Shown: positions 10,448 through 21,042 of the stretch, in pieces
Numbering within the stretch: position 1 is the stretch's first letter
Layout: every line of letters begins with the position of its first letter
Source: Candidatus Babeliales bacterium
GTDB lineage: Bacteria; Babelota; Babeliae; Babelales; JANWKD01
NCBI GenBank assembly: GCA_963722255.1
Contig: CAVRJO010000001.1
Span: forward strand, 160,001 to 224,000
Direction of reading: 5' to 3'
Length of the DNA stretch: 64,000 bases
Position numbers and translations under genes: made by a program
The notes under the pieces: generated by a model
The model's input: the letters and a program-made list of their open reading frames with translations, nothing else
Told to the model about the DNA's origin: nothing
The model's database searches: none

Positions 10448-11662
10448 TTATTTCGTTCTTTCTAAAATCCATTTCGTAATCACATCTAACACCACTGGTG
10501 AAATGGTTTGCACAAGAGCTCCATATTCTGCCATAGATCCCGTTTGGCATTCTTGAAACCAATGGTTCATCTTGGGTAATTCAAGAATAGTAAAATCTCT
10601 ATTACCATTTTCCTTCAGAGCATGCACAATAACTTGCAAATTCTTTTGCGACGATGTGATAAAATCACAATCGCCATTAAGCGCTAGCACTGGAATGGTA
10701 ATTTGCTTGAGTGTGTCAACGGGAATATAGTTCAAGAAAAACCGATACCAAGGCGAGTTAAACATGCCGATAAGTTGATCCGCTTTTGAAGATGTAAGTG
10801 CAAAAGGAAGCTTCTCAGCTTCGCTTCGCAATGATTCAGGTAAATTGGACCAATAGTCTGCAAGAAGTTTATGCATATGCTTGGCAGCAACCTCACAATC
10901 AATTTCTCGCTTTACTGTTTCAAGCAACTGTTTTCTGATTTTATTATCTTCAGCTATCATAAGATCTGATGCTCCATCAGCATGCAGCTGGCACGCAGTT
11001 TGATCAACGATACTTTCAATATCCATAACTAAACCTGCTGCCGCTAGCAATACTATAAAAGCAACATCTTTTGATTGTGCTGCTACCATTTGGGCAATCA
11101 TGCCCCCTTCACTATGGCCAAGCAACCCAATTTTTTGCGGATCTATATCAGCTCGCGTTTTTAAATAATCTATCGCAGCTTTAACGTCATCTGCAAAATC
11201 TTGGCTCGTTAGTGAGGCACTGTAGTTTCCGGTAGATTTTCCAACTCCACGTTTATCATAACGCAAAACCGCAATTCCTCGCTGAGTTAAATAATCCGCT
11301 ACAACTAAAAATAATTTATGGCCAAGCATTCCATAATCACGATCATTTGGCCCCATACCTGAGATCAAAACAACCGCTGGAAATGGTCCTTTGTTTTGTG
11401 GCAACGTCAAGGTGCCAGCAAGCGTTACCTGAACTGCATTATTTTCAAAGCAAACATCTTCTTGTTTATAAGTAAATGGTCCTTGTGGCGTTTGTGGTCG
11501 ATTTGGTTGTTGAGCCGGTGTTTGCTGCATTTCTTCATTCTTCATTTCGTTTTTTCTTTCATTAATTTCAGATTTAAGCGCAGTTGCATAGGTCTGTAAC
11601 AATAACAAACTTATACAAAAGGATACGATACCTGTTCTGCATTGCGCATACAACATGTGCAT
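10448..11662 (-). CDS. alpha/beta-fold serine hydrolase, probably exported
   Basis: GHSEGG nucleophile elbow, RYDKRGVG, C-terminal NH catalytic His. Confidence 0.9.
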   Translation of the reverse strand: MHMLYAQCRTGIVSFCISLLLLQTYATALKSEINERKNEMKNEEMQQTPAQQPNRPQTPQGPFTYKQEDVCFENNAVQVTLAGTLTLPQNKGPFPAVVLISGMGPNDRDYGMLGHKLFLVVADYLTQRGIAVLRYDKRGVGKSTGNYSASLTSQDFADDVKAAIDYLKTRADIDPQKIGLLGHSEGGMIAQMVAAQSKDVAFIVLLAAAGLVMDIESIVDQTACQLHADGASDLMIAEDNKIRKQLLETVKREIDCEVAAKHMHKLLADYWSNLPESLRSEAEKLPFALTSSKADQLIGMFNSPWYRFFLNYIPVDTLKQITIPVLALNGDCDFITSSQKNLQVIVHALKENGNRDFTILELPKMNHWFQECQTGSMAEYGALVQTISPVVLDVITKWILERTK

Positions 11663-11900
11663 TTTTCCTTTTCAGGAGTTTTGGGCATTATTCTACCCAT
11701 TGGGAATATAATTTAGAAATAAGAAATATCAGTAAAAGTAAAAGTATTACCCTGATATTTTAGTTGAAATGAAGAGAAACTTTCATAGCGCACCATCGGC
11801 TTTCTGAAAAAAATATTACTATATTTTTATGATAGCACATACAAAAAAATAATTCAAAAAAAATTGTAATTCTAAAAATCTTCAAAATTTACATTTAAAG

Positions 11901-12293
11901 TTATTCTATAGCAAAATTAAAGTAACTTGAATCTAGGTTAGCAGTAAAAGGCTCATTCTTTAAGGTAAAATGCCACCATTCTTGAGCAGAACCTTTAAAT
12001 CCATGCTTTTCCATAACTGTTTTCAAATAGATTCTTAATTTTTTAAACTTTTCTTATATAAGATTATTTTTCGAATATGAAGGGGTATCAAATAAATCAA
12101 ACGATGAACCCATATCAACAGCCCCATCATCAAGAATTTTAATCGTATAGCCATCTAATAATGTACGATCTTTTTCTTGAATTGCATGTAGATTTTCGCC
12201 ATCTTTGATAAGAGTCAAATCAACCGTACTGCCTCTGCTATGCCCTGAACGTTCTGCAACATATCCCAACTCAAAGACATCTGCTTTATTCAC
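11901..12293 (-). pseudogene. D-Ala-D-Ala dipeptidase (VanX/DdpX, M15D) remnant
   Basis: [12 protein letters not shown] and DMGSSFD, in-frame TAA at 12054, then MEKHGF...EWWHF; N-terminus missing. Confidence 0.8.
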
Positions 12294-13540
12294 ACTTTGA
12301 AATGCATTAAGCGATTGGATTGTGGCATTAATTTTTCTGCGATATTTAATGCAGAGGCTATAGCACTTTCATGCGAATCAAGATTATCCATATAACATCC
12401 TGCAAGCCAAAGGTTATTTTCCCCTTGAACATTTTTTAAATACGTTTGTGTTTTAAAATATTCCGGCATTACTTTTTGATGATTAAAATGTTCAAGTGCA
12501 TATAATGGCTCAGGCATTAAAGGATTTTTGCCGGGTAACCAACTTCGGAAAATAGGCGATGCTTCATTCAAATGCCAAGGCTTATAAACCGTTAATGCGC
12601 TGTGCTGACCATCATATTTTACATTAGCAACTGACCAATCCGGTTTTTTGGGCATAAATCGCTGATCTCCATGCACAGCAACGAGAACGGGAAATGATTC
12701 AAATGATAACAGTTGTTTGTATACTTTTTCTGCTAACACAATCTCTTTTAAAAGTAGCGCTGCTTGTTGTGGGTCTGTTGCAATAATGAGATGATCAACG
12801 TTCGTCTTGCGGCCATTTTTTTCTATAATTAGATAGTTACTTTGTTCATACATGTGCGCTTCTATGGTAGCTTCTTTCCTAATAGTGGTTTTTTCTAATT
12901 GTGCAACAAGAGCATTAATATAAACTGAAATACCACCAACAACTTCATACCATTCTTGTGGTTTTAAGGTTACCGCTTTTTGCGTGATCCATGAAAGTAT
13001 ATCATACGCTGAAAATTGTTTAAACGCATCAATACTACAACCCCAACCTGCTGTTAAAAATGGATACAAAAAATTATTTTTAAACTTTTCCGATAAAAAT
13101 AGAGTATCAGCAAACTGCTCAATGGTTACTGTATAATCTGCATCTCTTGCAAATCTTCTACCTTGTTGTAAGAGATACATAAATTGCAATAACGTTGATA
13201 ATCGTGAAGGATGAAAAAGCTGTTTAAGCATTCTATGGGCATGCTGAGAAGATAAGGTTAATACACCTTCTTGTGTATAAAAACAGTAGGTTAAGGGAAA
13301 AGAAGCAATAGGTACGTGTAAGACATTAAGCAACCGATTAAATTTTGGGAAAAGCCAAGCATTAAAAAATTCAAAGCCAATTTCTATAGGAATATTCTCA
13401 TTATCATGTTGAACAACAATAGTATGTGCATGACCACCCAAACGATTTTGTTGCTCAAAGAGAACTACTTCACATTCTTGATCAAGCAACCACGCAGTTG
13501 TTAATCCTGCAGAACCAGCCCCTATTATGCCAACCTTCAT
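12290..13540 (-). CDS. FAD-dependent oxidoreductase (amine-oxidase-like)
   Basis: [12 protein letters not shown]...[14 protein letters not shown]-terminal WLAGCY...HESAIASA. Confidence 0.85.
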   Translation of the reverse strand: MKVGIIGAGSAGLTTAWLLDQECEVVLFEQQNRLGGHAHTIVVQHDNENIPIEIGFEFFNAWLFPKFNRLLNVLHVPIASFPLTYCFYTQEGVLTLSSQHAHRMLKQLFHPSRLSTLLQFMYLLQQGRRFARDADYTVTIEQFADTLFLSEKFKNNFLYPFLTAGWGCSIDAFKQFSAYDILSWITQKAVTLKPQEWYEVVGGISVYINALVAQLEKTTIRKEATIEAHMYEQSNYLIIEKNGRKTNVDHLIIATDPQQAALLLKEIVLAEKVYKQLLSFESFPVLVAVHGDQRFMPKKPDWSVANVKYDGQHSALTVYKPWHLNEASPIFRSWLPGKNPLMPEPLYALEHFNHQKVMPEYFKTQTYLKNVQGENNLWLAGCYMDNLDSHESAIASALNIAEKLMPQSNRLMHFKV

Positions 13541-13718
13541 GATCGTTTTTTTAACATAATCATGGCCCCCTTTTACAAAAATTACCACCTTTACTGCAGA
13601 GGCTAACACAAGATAAAAGGCATAGGGAACAATTTAAAAAATCAATGCTATGAAATTTAGAGCATCAACAAGAATAACTATTTAGTTCTTATACATACTA
13701 CAAAGATAATCAAAGAAA

Positions 13719-13750
13719 CAGCCTACGCTCCTTTATCTGGAGGTAGGCTG
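13719..13750 (-). terminator. intrinsic terminator
   Basis: cagcctac...gtaggctg hairpin downstream of the kinase-ankyrin gene. Confidence 0.5.
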
Positions 13751-13791
13751 GATAAATTACCATAATTGACAGTGCTGTTTTAAACAATAAA

Positions 13792-15153
13792 TTATGCTTG
13801 TAATAAGGCAATAAGTGATCTATTATTTTGGAATTGTGCTTTATACAAAGGAGTTTCTCCCTTATTATTACGAGCATTTTTATTACAATCTTCTTTCAGT
13901 AATAATTTTGCTGCTTTAAGACATCCATAATAAGCAGCTTCATGCAAAGGATTATTGCCATCTCGATCTCTTTTATTAACTGCTTTGCTTTTTTCATCAA
14001 GCAAAATTTTTACGAGTCCGGTTAGATCGGGATTTCCTGCTGCAATATGTAACTCAGATTTACCTTCGATTAAAAACTGATACTCAAGATTCTGGTTGTT
14101 TTTCTCATTCATCACAAGAATTTGTGTAATAATAGTGCGGATTTCTCGTGAATCTTCTTTTCTTACATTCGTGTTCCAGGTGAGTAATAACGCTTTTAGA
14201 GCGTTAAATATCATAGGACGTTGTTCATTTGGATAGGCACGAATAAAACCGAGTATGAAACTTGTCAAAGTAATTTTATACCAACGATTAAAATCTAAAC
14301 CTTTTATAAAACCCGGTTTACCCCATTCAATAACGAATGGCGAAGTAACAAAGAGAAAGCTCAAATCACTGCTAATATCTGATGGATGCTCAATTGTATT
14401 GGTTATACGCTCGTTATCAATAAGAGTAACAAGACGGCTTTTTGCGTCATAAAAAATATTTCCATGGTGCAAATCATTGTGAATGATCGTGTGATTCAAA
14501 GTACCATGGTTCTGGTAAAATTTTGCCATTGCCTTACCAAGATCATAATATGCCTTACATGCAAGCGAAATGACGCTTTGATCATAAGGATCATGTTTAA
14601 ACTTCTCCATAATCGATTGCATACATATGCCCTTCGCTTTTGGCATTATGACTAAAATGTGCTCTTTATTATGATGCACATAACGCACATAATCAGTTGG
14701 AAATATAGCTTGCAAACTACCCTTGCTTTTTGGGTAAATGTAACGTTGTAGACACGCTGCTTTACGAGCACGTTCTAAACGTTCGATTTCACCTCTTGGA
14801 TCTTTATCTTGTTTAATTTCTTTGACAATATAGGAACCACCATTTGCACATTTGACTAAAAACAACTGCTCATTTGCCCAACTTGCAGCAGACTCTTTAG
14901 TCAGTGTTCGTGCTTCTTGTATCTCTTTAAAACTAGCAGAAATTTTACCTTCTTGAGCAGCCCGTTTTAAAAATCTTGTTACGTCATTATGATGTAAAAA
15001 ATGGCCTTTATTGCTGAAACGCACACCGTCTAAATTTTGAACAATTGCTATTTTTTTTGTATTAGAAGGATCTTTTTGAGTAGATTGCCCAACTGCACAA
15101 ATAGGTAAAATACTAAAAAAAGTAGCCAATAATAGGTGAGTATATAAATTCAT
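13792..15153 (-). CDS. secreted kinase-like (APH/protein kinase fold) protein with C-terminal ankyrin repeats
   Basis: Signal peptide; YIVKE, IHNDLHHGNIF and LIDNE motifs; ELHIAA, NPLHEAA and TPLYKA ankyrins. Confidence 0.8.
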   Translation of the reverse strand: MNLYTHLLLATFFSILPICAVGQSTQKDPSNTKKIAIVQNLDGVRFSNKGHFLHHNDVTRFLKRAAQEGKISASFKEIQEARTLTKESAASWANEQLFLVKCANGGSYIVKEIKQDKDPRGEIERLERARKAACLQRYIYPKSKGSLQAIFPTDYVRYVHHNKEHILVIMPKAKGICMQSIMEKFKHDPYDQSVISLACKAYYDLGKAMAKFYQNHGTLNHTIIHNDLHHGNIFYDAKSRLVTLIDNERITNTIEHPSDISSDLSFLFVTSPFVIEWGKPGFIKGLDFNRWYKITLTSFILGFIRAYPNEQRPMIFNALKALLLTWNTNVRKEDSREIRTIITQILVMNEKNNQNLEYQFLIEGKSELHIAAGNPDLTGLVKILLDEKSKAVNKRDRDGNNPLHEAAYYGCLKAAKLLLKEDCNKNARNNKGETPLYKAQFQNNRSLIALLQA

Positions 15154-15312
15154 AACATAACCTCCAAAATAGTTAAAAACAACTAAATAATCCTAAAAAT
15201 CGCTCTTTTAACGATTAAATTAAGCAATATTTCATATTAGAAATATATAATATAGTATAGCAATACTATAGAAAATGGCAACCGGAAAGGTAAGGATATA
15301 AGGTTGGGTTAG

Positions 15313-15516
15313 CTATTTCTTTCTGAAAGTTGCGGTACCAGGGTAGTATTCAGAAGTCTTTCCGATTTCAAGATACTTGCAAAAATCATCAATTTCGAGC
15401 ATTTGTTCCTTTAATTGTTCATGCGGTGATAACGTAAGAACAACAGGGCTGATCTTAATGTAAGGAATACGCAACACCTTCAAACTTTTCTTATCCATGA
15501 AAACATCCTCGATCAT
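15313..15516 (-). CDS. small hypothetical protein or gene fragment
   Basis: 67-aa ORF with no recognisable motif. Confidence 0.25.
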   Translation of the reverse strand: MIEDVFMDKKSLKVLRIPYIKISPVVLTLSPHEQLKEQMLEIDDFCKYLEIGKTSEYYPGTATFRKK

Positions 15517-15631
15517 GGGAGTTTAGACAATATCTTGCAAAATAGTCATATATGATTAAAATTTGAATATACTTTGTATTAAAAAATATTTACAAACAAT
15601 ATTACATTAAATTAATTCCCTAGGAGCTTAA

Positions 15632-16432
15632 ATGAAAAGAAGATTATTTTTTTTATTTACTGTAATTTTTTTGATTTCTGAGCAGTTGGATGCTATGCAT
15701 AAGTCAAGAGGTGTCACTAAGTCAGCTCTTAGAAGTAACTTTCAATTTGCAATGCTTCGCCACAATTTACCATTATCTTCACTACACTCAAGCGAGCAGT
15801 TAACAAAAAAAGAAATTTTTACGACAAATCAAAGAAGTAAATTATTGAGCCAAATTCCAATTACTTCAACTAAGGTAACTGCAGAATCAAATCAAATTAA
15901 TTCAATTGGTAAGTGTAATTTGGGGACAGCACTTACTGCATTTGTAATTTGGAGATCAGTGAAACATCTTATTGATATTTATGATGATAATGATGTATAT
16001 TCTTTTAACGTCGACCCAAATGATCCATGGTGTCAAGTCAACCAAGGAATAGTGCATTCTCAAAAAGGTGATACAGAAAAAGCAAAGCATTATTATTCGC
16101 TTGCTGCTAATCAAGGTTATTCTATTGGGCAATATAATTTAGGGGTGCTTAATTTTAAAGAGGGAAATATAGAGGAAGCACTACGTAATTACTCACTTGC
16201 AGCTAATCAAGGTGAAACTTCAGCTTTAATTGCTCTTTGGGAGTATTATCAAAATACTGGCAATATAGAAAAAGCGAAACATTATTATTCACTTGCGGCT
16301 GCAAAAAATTGTCTTTGGGCACAAAAGAGATTAGATACTATTTATCAAGATGGAAAAGATAACAAAACAACGACTATTTGCAACGCGATTACTGATAATC
16401 AAAGCTTTAAAGAAATTGATTCGAATAATTAA
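15632..16432 (+). CDS. secreted Sel1-repeat protein
   Basis: Signal peptide; three KAKHYYSLAANQG-type repeats; GGAG SD. Confidence 0.85.
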   Translation: MKRRLFFLFTVIFLISEQLDAMHKSRGVTKSALRSNFQFAMLRHNLPLSSLHSSEQLTKKEIFTTNQRSKLLSQIPITSTKVTAESNQINSIGKCNLGTALTAFVIWRSVKHLIDIYDDNDVYSFNVDPNDPWCQVNQGIVHSQKGDTEKAKHYYSLAANQGYSIGQYNLGVLNFKEGNIEEALRNYSLAANQGETSALIALWEYYQNTGNIEKAKHYYSLAAAKNCLWAQKRLDTIYQDGKDNKTTTICNAITDNQSFKEIDSNN

Positions 16433-16536
16433 CTAAAGACTAGCTCTATTATAAGGACTCTGGTAGAAAATTATTGCTCAAATGCCTAGTAAAATGGTAA
16501 TATGGTAATTAAATTACAAGGCAAAAAGAGAAAACA

Positions 16537-17775
16537 ATGAATTATAAAAAAAGAATTTACGAATCCCTTATTACAGAGTTATCAAAAATATACAAAATTA
16601 TATTCTTAGTGGGAGCTCGGCAGGTAGGTAAAAGTTCGTTACTTTCCCATCTTTTCCCTTCAACCAAGATGTTTGTATTTGATCCCATTCAAGATCTTTA
16701 CAATGTCCGCAAAAATCCAGACCTCTTCTTAAAGGATTTTGGCACTCCCTTGATATTGGATGAGATTCAGTTTGTTCCTGAGTTGTTACCCTCCTTAAAG
16801 CGCTTTGCTGATCTTTCTGATAAACCGGGTCAATATTATCTAACGGGGTCTCAGCAGCTATCAATTCTTAAGAATGTATCCGAAAGTCTTGCCGGCAGAG
16901 TGGTAATCATACCTATAAACCCAATGACTCCCCATGAGATGTACGATGAATTTGATAAGGATAAAAATTGGTTTTTGAACTATTTAAAAAATCCAGACAA
17001 TTTCTTTAAAAATTCTCTGGAGAAGCTCAAAAACATGCCATCACGCTTAGAAGCTATTTGGCGCGGTGGCATGCCAGGAATCATTGATATCCCAAACAGC
17101 GCATTGCCCTTTTATTTTTCATCCTACGTACAAACCTATGTTGAACGGGACATAAGAACATTAGAAAACATCGAAGATCTTGCGACATTTGGACAGTTTT
17201 TAGGGCTGCTATCAGCATTGTCATCCCAAGAAGTAAATTATTCTCAGTTGGGAAGAGAGCTGGGCATTACCCCAAAAACTGCTCAACGATGGCTCAAGTT
17301 ACTCACCTACACCTATCAATGGACGGAATTACAACCTTTTCACATGAATAGTATCAAACGCCTTTCAGCAAAACCAAAAGGCATAATTTCCGATACTGGT
17401 CTTGCATGCTATCAACAACGAATCTCATCGCCAGAAGCTCTGGCTGCAAATCCCATGCAAGGAGCGTTTTTTGAATCCTACTGTTTTAACATGATTAAAG
17501 CTTTTTGCTCTTCACTACCCATGGCCCCCAACTTTTACCATTGGCGGACCTTAGCAGGTGCTGAAGTCGATATTCTTGTAGAAATTGATGGAACCTTCTA
17601 TCCAATTGAAATAAAATCAGCAACCAATGTCAGTAAAAATGATGTGCGCGGCATTCTCGCATTCAAAGAAACCTATCCTCATTTAAAGATTGCATCAGGA
17701 ATAGTTATCTATGCAGGCGATGAATGTTATCGAATTACAGAAAATATCATAGCGGTACCATGGGATTTAAAGTAG
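16537..17775 (+). CDS. AAA_14 ATPase with DUF4143 domain
   Basis: GARQVGKS, ILDEIQ, LTGS, ESLAGR, DTGLA, EVD...PIEIK. Confidence 0.9.
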   Translation: MNYKKRIYESLITELSKIYKIIFLVGARQVGKSSLLSHLFPSTKMFVFDPIQDLYNVRKNPDLFLKDFGTPLILDEIQFVPELLPSLKRFADLSDKPGQYYLTGSQQLSILKNVSESLAGRVVIIPINPMTPHEMYDEFDKDKNWFLNYLKNPDNFFKNSLEKLKNMPSRLEAIWRGGMPGIIDIPNSALPFYFSSYVQTYVERDIRTLENIEDLATFGQFLGLLSALSSQEVNYSQLGRELGITPKTAQRWLKLLTYTYQWTELQPFHMNSIKRLSAKPKGIISDTGLACYQQRISSPEALAANPMQGAFFESYCFNMIKAFCSSLPMAPNFYHWRTLAGAEVDILVEIDGTFYPIEIKSATNVSKNDVRGILAFKETYPHLKIASGIVIYAGDECYRITENIIAVPWDLK

Positions 17776-17793
17776 CGGCGCTAAGTTGTTAAT

Positions 17794-18125
17794 TTATGAG
17801 ACAAGTTTAACAAATTCTGTCTTTAAATCGTTCAATGAGCATTCGCTTTCAATTTTTCGAACGGCATAAAATTCTTGAGCTTCTTTTAAAATTGGCTCAA
17901 TATTCAAATGAAAATGCGCCAGCCGCTTCTTTATAATCGGTTCTGTATCAGTTTTTCGTATTGATAATTCAGCTCCACATTCACATTTACCTTTTTCTTT
18001 AGATGGTGCCGAAATAATATTATAAACCTTAGAACAATTCATACATACTTGTCGGTTTAAAACACGTTTTATACACACATCGTCATCCACTACAAATTGC
18101 AAAAAGATAACATCATCATTAGAAC
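17794..18125 (-). pseudogene. adenylate kinase C-terminal (zinc LID) fragment
   Basis: KRVLNRQVCMNCSKVYN...CECG..L..RKTD.E.IIKKRL; P-loop half absent. Confidence 0.65.
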
Positions 18126-18256
18126 CTTTAGGGGCCAAAGATGAACCATCATCAAATAGAAACAATAGATGAAAGTCGAATAGTTGCTTACTATCCCACA
18201 TTGTGACACAGTTAATTGATGGTTGCCATCTTTTAAAAACTAATAATATTACATTA

Positions 18257-19166
18257 GACCTCTTCTGAAACTCATTTAACCAACTCAAAATTATAGATAC
18301 CCGCAATAAGATTGAAACGGAGCCCAAATCTTTTTCGTCGATTGCGATATTTGTCAGCAACTATTTTAAAACGTTTTATCATACCAATTACATGCTCATT
18401 TAAAACACGCTGGCTTGATAATTCTCTATTTCGTTGTTTATCTGTTAATGTTAAAGGATTTTTTTTACTTTTTTTCTTTGGCATAGAAGTATTATTATGA
18501 ATTTTTTTTAGACCTAAATAACCTGTATCTGTAAGAACTTCAGTAGATTTTGCGAAGTGAATTTTTGAAGTTTTGAAGAGTTTAAAATCATGTCGTTTAC
18601 CATCTGAAAAATTTGTACAAACAATTTCTTTTGTTTTTTTGTTTACAACTACCTGAGTTTTTATAGTATGACGTTTTTTCTTACCGGAATAAAATTTCCG
18701 CTGTTTTTTTTAGGACGTTCAATAGGACTTTCAGTTGCATCTATTAAAATAACTTCAAATTCATTATCGCTTTTCAGTAGCGCTTTTCTGCCAGGCAATC
18801 TAAATTCTTTGCTTTGAATAAGAGTATTTTCAACCCATCGTATTGCTTCAAATGCATTGCTTTCAGCAATGCCATAACTTGTCGCAATATGAAGATATGT
18901 TCGATATTCCCGTATATATTCAAGAGTCATCAAAAGCATTTCTTCAATACTGAGCTTATTTGGACGTCCTCCCTTTGCCTTTTTTATTTTTTGCGCTTCT
19001 TTTAAAATAGAAACCAATACTTCAAATGTTTTTCGTTTTACTCCAGTTACTCTTCTAAAGTTTTTTTCTGATGAAATTTTTAATTTTTCATACTTCATAA
19101 TCGCTTACCCTTTTTTTATAAATCGATTATGATTATGCCATAAAATTTATAGTTTCAGAAGAGGTC
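18257..19166 (-). mobile_element. IS5-family (ISL2-like) insertion sequence
   Basis: Perfect terminal inverted repeats gacctcttctgaaact / agtttcagaagaggtc flanked by TA. Confidence 0.9.
18272..19098 (-). CDS. IS5 transposase in two frames joined by a -1 shift at an A8 run
   Basis: HTH ORF ending IDATESPIERPKK; -1 frame continues QRKFYSGKKKRHTIKTQ...DTGYLG...RVLNEHVIG. Confidence 0.85.
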
Positions 19167-19421
19167 TATTAACTTTCTAGAAATAAAATGCAAAAGACGA
19201 AGCAGTGCGCTCAATTTCAAACTATTCTCATTAACATCAATATTTACATCTTCAGGACGGGCTTCTGCGATATTTTTTAAAGCTTCATGAAGCAATTTAT
19301 CAGCTTCATTTTTATCAAGGCTTTTACATTTTTCCAATACGGATGAAAAATATAAATCTGCCTCCTTAGGATCTTTTAATTTCTTGATTAAATCTGCATG
19401 AGTTCCTTGAGCATTTACCAT
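19155..19421 (-). CDS. addiction-module antidote-like small protein; C-terminus altered by the IS5 insertion
   Basis: LIKKLKDPKEA..Y...ALKNIAEAR pattern; stop codon lies inside the IS inverted repeat. Confidence 0.45.
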   Translation of the reverse strand: MVNAQGTHADLIKKLKDPKEADLYFSSVLEKCKSLDKNEADKLLHEALKNIAEARPEDVNIDVNENSLKLSALLRLLHFISRKLIDLF

Positions 19422-19462
19422 TTTTTACCTCGTTATTTTTATGCGTTTATAGTTGTACTTCT

Positions 19463-20122
19463 TTAGAAAACCACTTTACTAAGAATTCTTTTATCAACAA
19501 TTTTTGTGCTTTTTAACATGAACTGAAAGGATCCTGGCGGCGCTTTCAATAATTGCTCAATGAATTGAGGGAACACTCGTGCCCTACGACTTAAATCTTC
19601 TTGTGACCAAGGATAAATTCCCATATCAGTAAGAAATTGAACACCGGCAAGAACAAATTCTGCGCATTCCAACGGATTATTTGTCTGAAAAATCCCTTCA
19701 TCGCAACCTTGCTGAATAACTTTGGCATATAAAGAAGCTTGTTTCATTAAAGCAGTCGCTAGAAGACGGGTGTGCATAGAACTATTACCACTCCGATGTA
19801 GGGGATCTACAATGAAATTATTAGATGCAGTCATATTACCAACTTTGATCAACGATTTAATTTTTTCTAAAGCAGTTCCCGTTGGGCTTTCAACAATAGA
19901 TTGCATCTGCTCAAAATTCTCATGCACAATATCTTCTATAACTGCTTCAAGAATAGCTTCTTTAGATTCGAAGTAATGATAAATAGTTCCTTTGGCGATA
20001 CCGAGGTAGTCCATCACATCTTGCATGGTTGTTTTGTCATATTCCTTGGATTGAAACAGGTAACGGGCAGCATTCACAATATCTGATCTCCGTTCTGTGG
20101 GTTTCTTTATAATTCTAGCCAT
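19463..20122 (-). CDS. TetR/AcrR family regulator
   Basis: RRSDIVNAARYLF...TTMQDV...GIAKGTIYHYFESKE. Confidence 0.92.
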   Translation of the reverse strand: MARIIKKPTERRSDIVNAARYLFQSKEYDKTTMQDVMDYLGIAKGTIYHYFESKEAILEAVIEDIVHENFEQMQSIVESPTGTALEKIKSLIKVGNMTASNNFIVDPLHRSGNSSMHTRLLATALMKQASLYAKVIQQGCDEGIFQTNNPLECAEFVLAGVQFLTDMGIYPWSQEDLSRRARVFPQFIEQLLKAPPGSFQFMLKSTKIVDKRILSKVVF

Positions 20123-20155
20123 GTTTAATCTCCGATCTTTTGATTGAATATAAAC

Positions 20156-20184
20156 AGCTTAGCATTAAACCGACCGTCGGTCAA
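20156..20184 (-). promoter_or_regulatory. sigma70 promoter with overlapping TetR-type operator
   Basis: Minus strand TTGACC-17 nt-TAAGCT; palindrome accgac-c-gtcggt (20169-20181) overlaps the -35 box. Confidence 0.65.
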
Positions 20185-20220
20185 TAGCCTTTTGATTATG
20201 GGTTATTTTATTTATATGAC

Positions 20221-20771
20221 CAGAATACCCCAGGCTTTTCAAGCCCGGGGATGAATGGTCATCCGATCAGAGGAAGTTGAGCAAGGCAGGCCTTTGCGAA
20301 GCTCCGAACAAATGGCATACTTATCTAAATGAGTAAATATTGGAAAAGTGCACATACAAAGCATAAAGTTATGTATCATATTGTTTGGATTCCCAAATAT
20401 AGAAAGAGAGTATTAAAAGGTGAAATAGCTGATCGAATCAAAGAGTTGCTTATCGAATGCGCTGAAGTGAATAGATGGCGTATAGATGAGTTAAATATAC
20501 AGATTGATCATGTACATCTTCTTATACAAATTAAACCAGATATTAGTGTCAGCAAAGCAGTTCAATTACTTAAAGGCAGAAGCAGTAGAATAATAAGAAA
20601 AGAATTTCCAAAATTGGAAGAATTCTACTGGGGTAATAATTTTTGGTGCGAGGGTTTCTTTGTAGAATCGGTTGGAAGTCTAAATGAAGAATCGATTAAG
20701 AATTACATCAAAAATCAATAAAATCTATCCTAATATGCGAAGCCACGGCTTTTAAGCCGTGTGAGCTTCAC
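20221..20771 (+). mobile_element. IS200/IS605-family element carrying tnpA only
   Basis: Left hairpin ccccaggcttttcaagcccgggg; right hairpin cacggcttttaagccgtg ending in ttcac. Confidence 0.8.
20329..20721 (+). CDS. tnpA: Y1 HUH transposase
   Basis: YHIVWIPKYR, DHVHLL, KGRSS, FW..GFF, YIKNQ. Confidence 0.95.
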   Translation: MSKYWKSAHTKHKVMYHIVWIPKYRKRVLKGEIADRIKELLIECAEVNRWRIDELNIQIDHVHLLIQIKPDISVSKAVQLLKGRSSRIIRKEFPKLEEFYWGNNFWCEGFFVESVGSLNEESIKNYIKNQ

Positions 20772-20853
20772 TGAAGGCAACCGGTAAAAACCATTTAAAA
20801 GACCCAGGAGCTCTCCCAAGAAACCATATTTATTGTCATAATCACTTTAATGG

Positions 20854-20990
20854 CTAGCTCTATTATAAGCCCCCTAATAGAAAATTATTGCTCAATTGCC
20901 TAGTAAAATGGTAATAGGATAACTAAAATACAAGGTAAAAAAGAGAAACAAGGAGCGTTTTTTGAATCCAACTGTTTTAATATGATTAAA
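20854..20990 (+). pseudogene. internally deleted copy of the AAA_14 gene and its upstream region
   Basis: Matches 16440-16537, then jumps to 17458-17499. Confidence 0.8.
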
Positions 20991-21042
20991 AAAATACAGT
21001 CTTTCTAATAAATAAATCATCCATTAAACTCTAAAGTGCCTT

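Noticed and set aside
17794..18360. 188-aa ORF as a real gene
   Set aside because: It is chimeric: the start lies inside IS5 and only the 3' part resembles adenylate kinase
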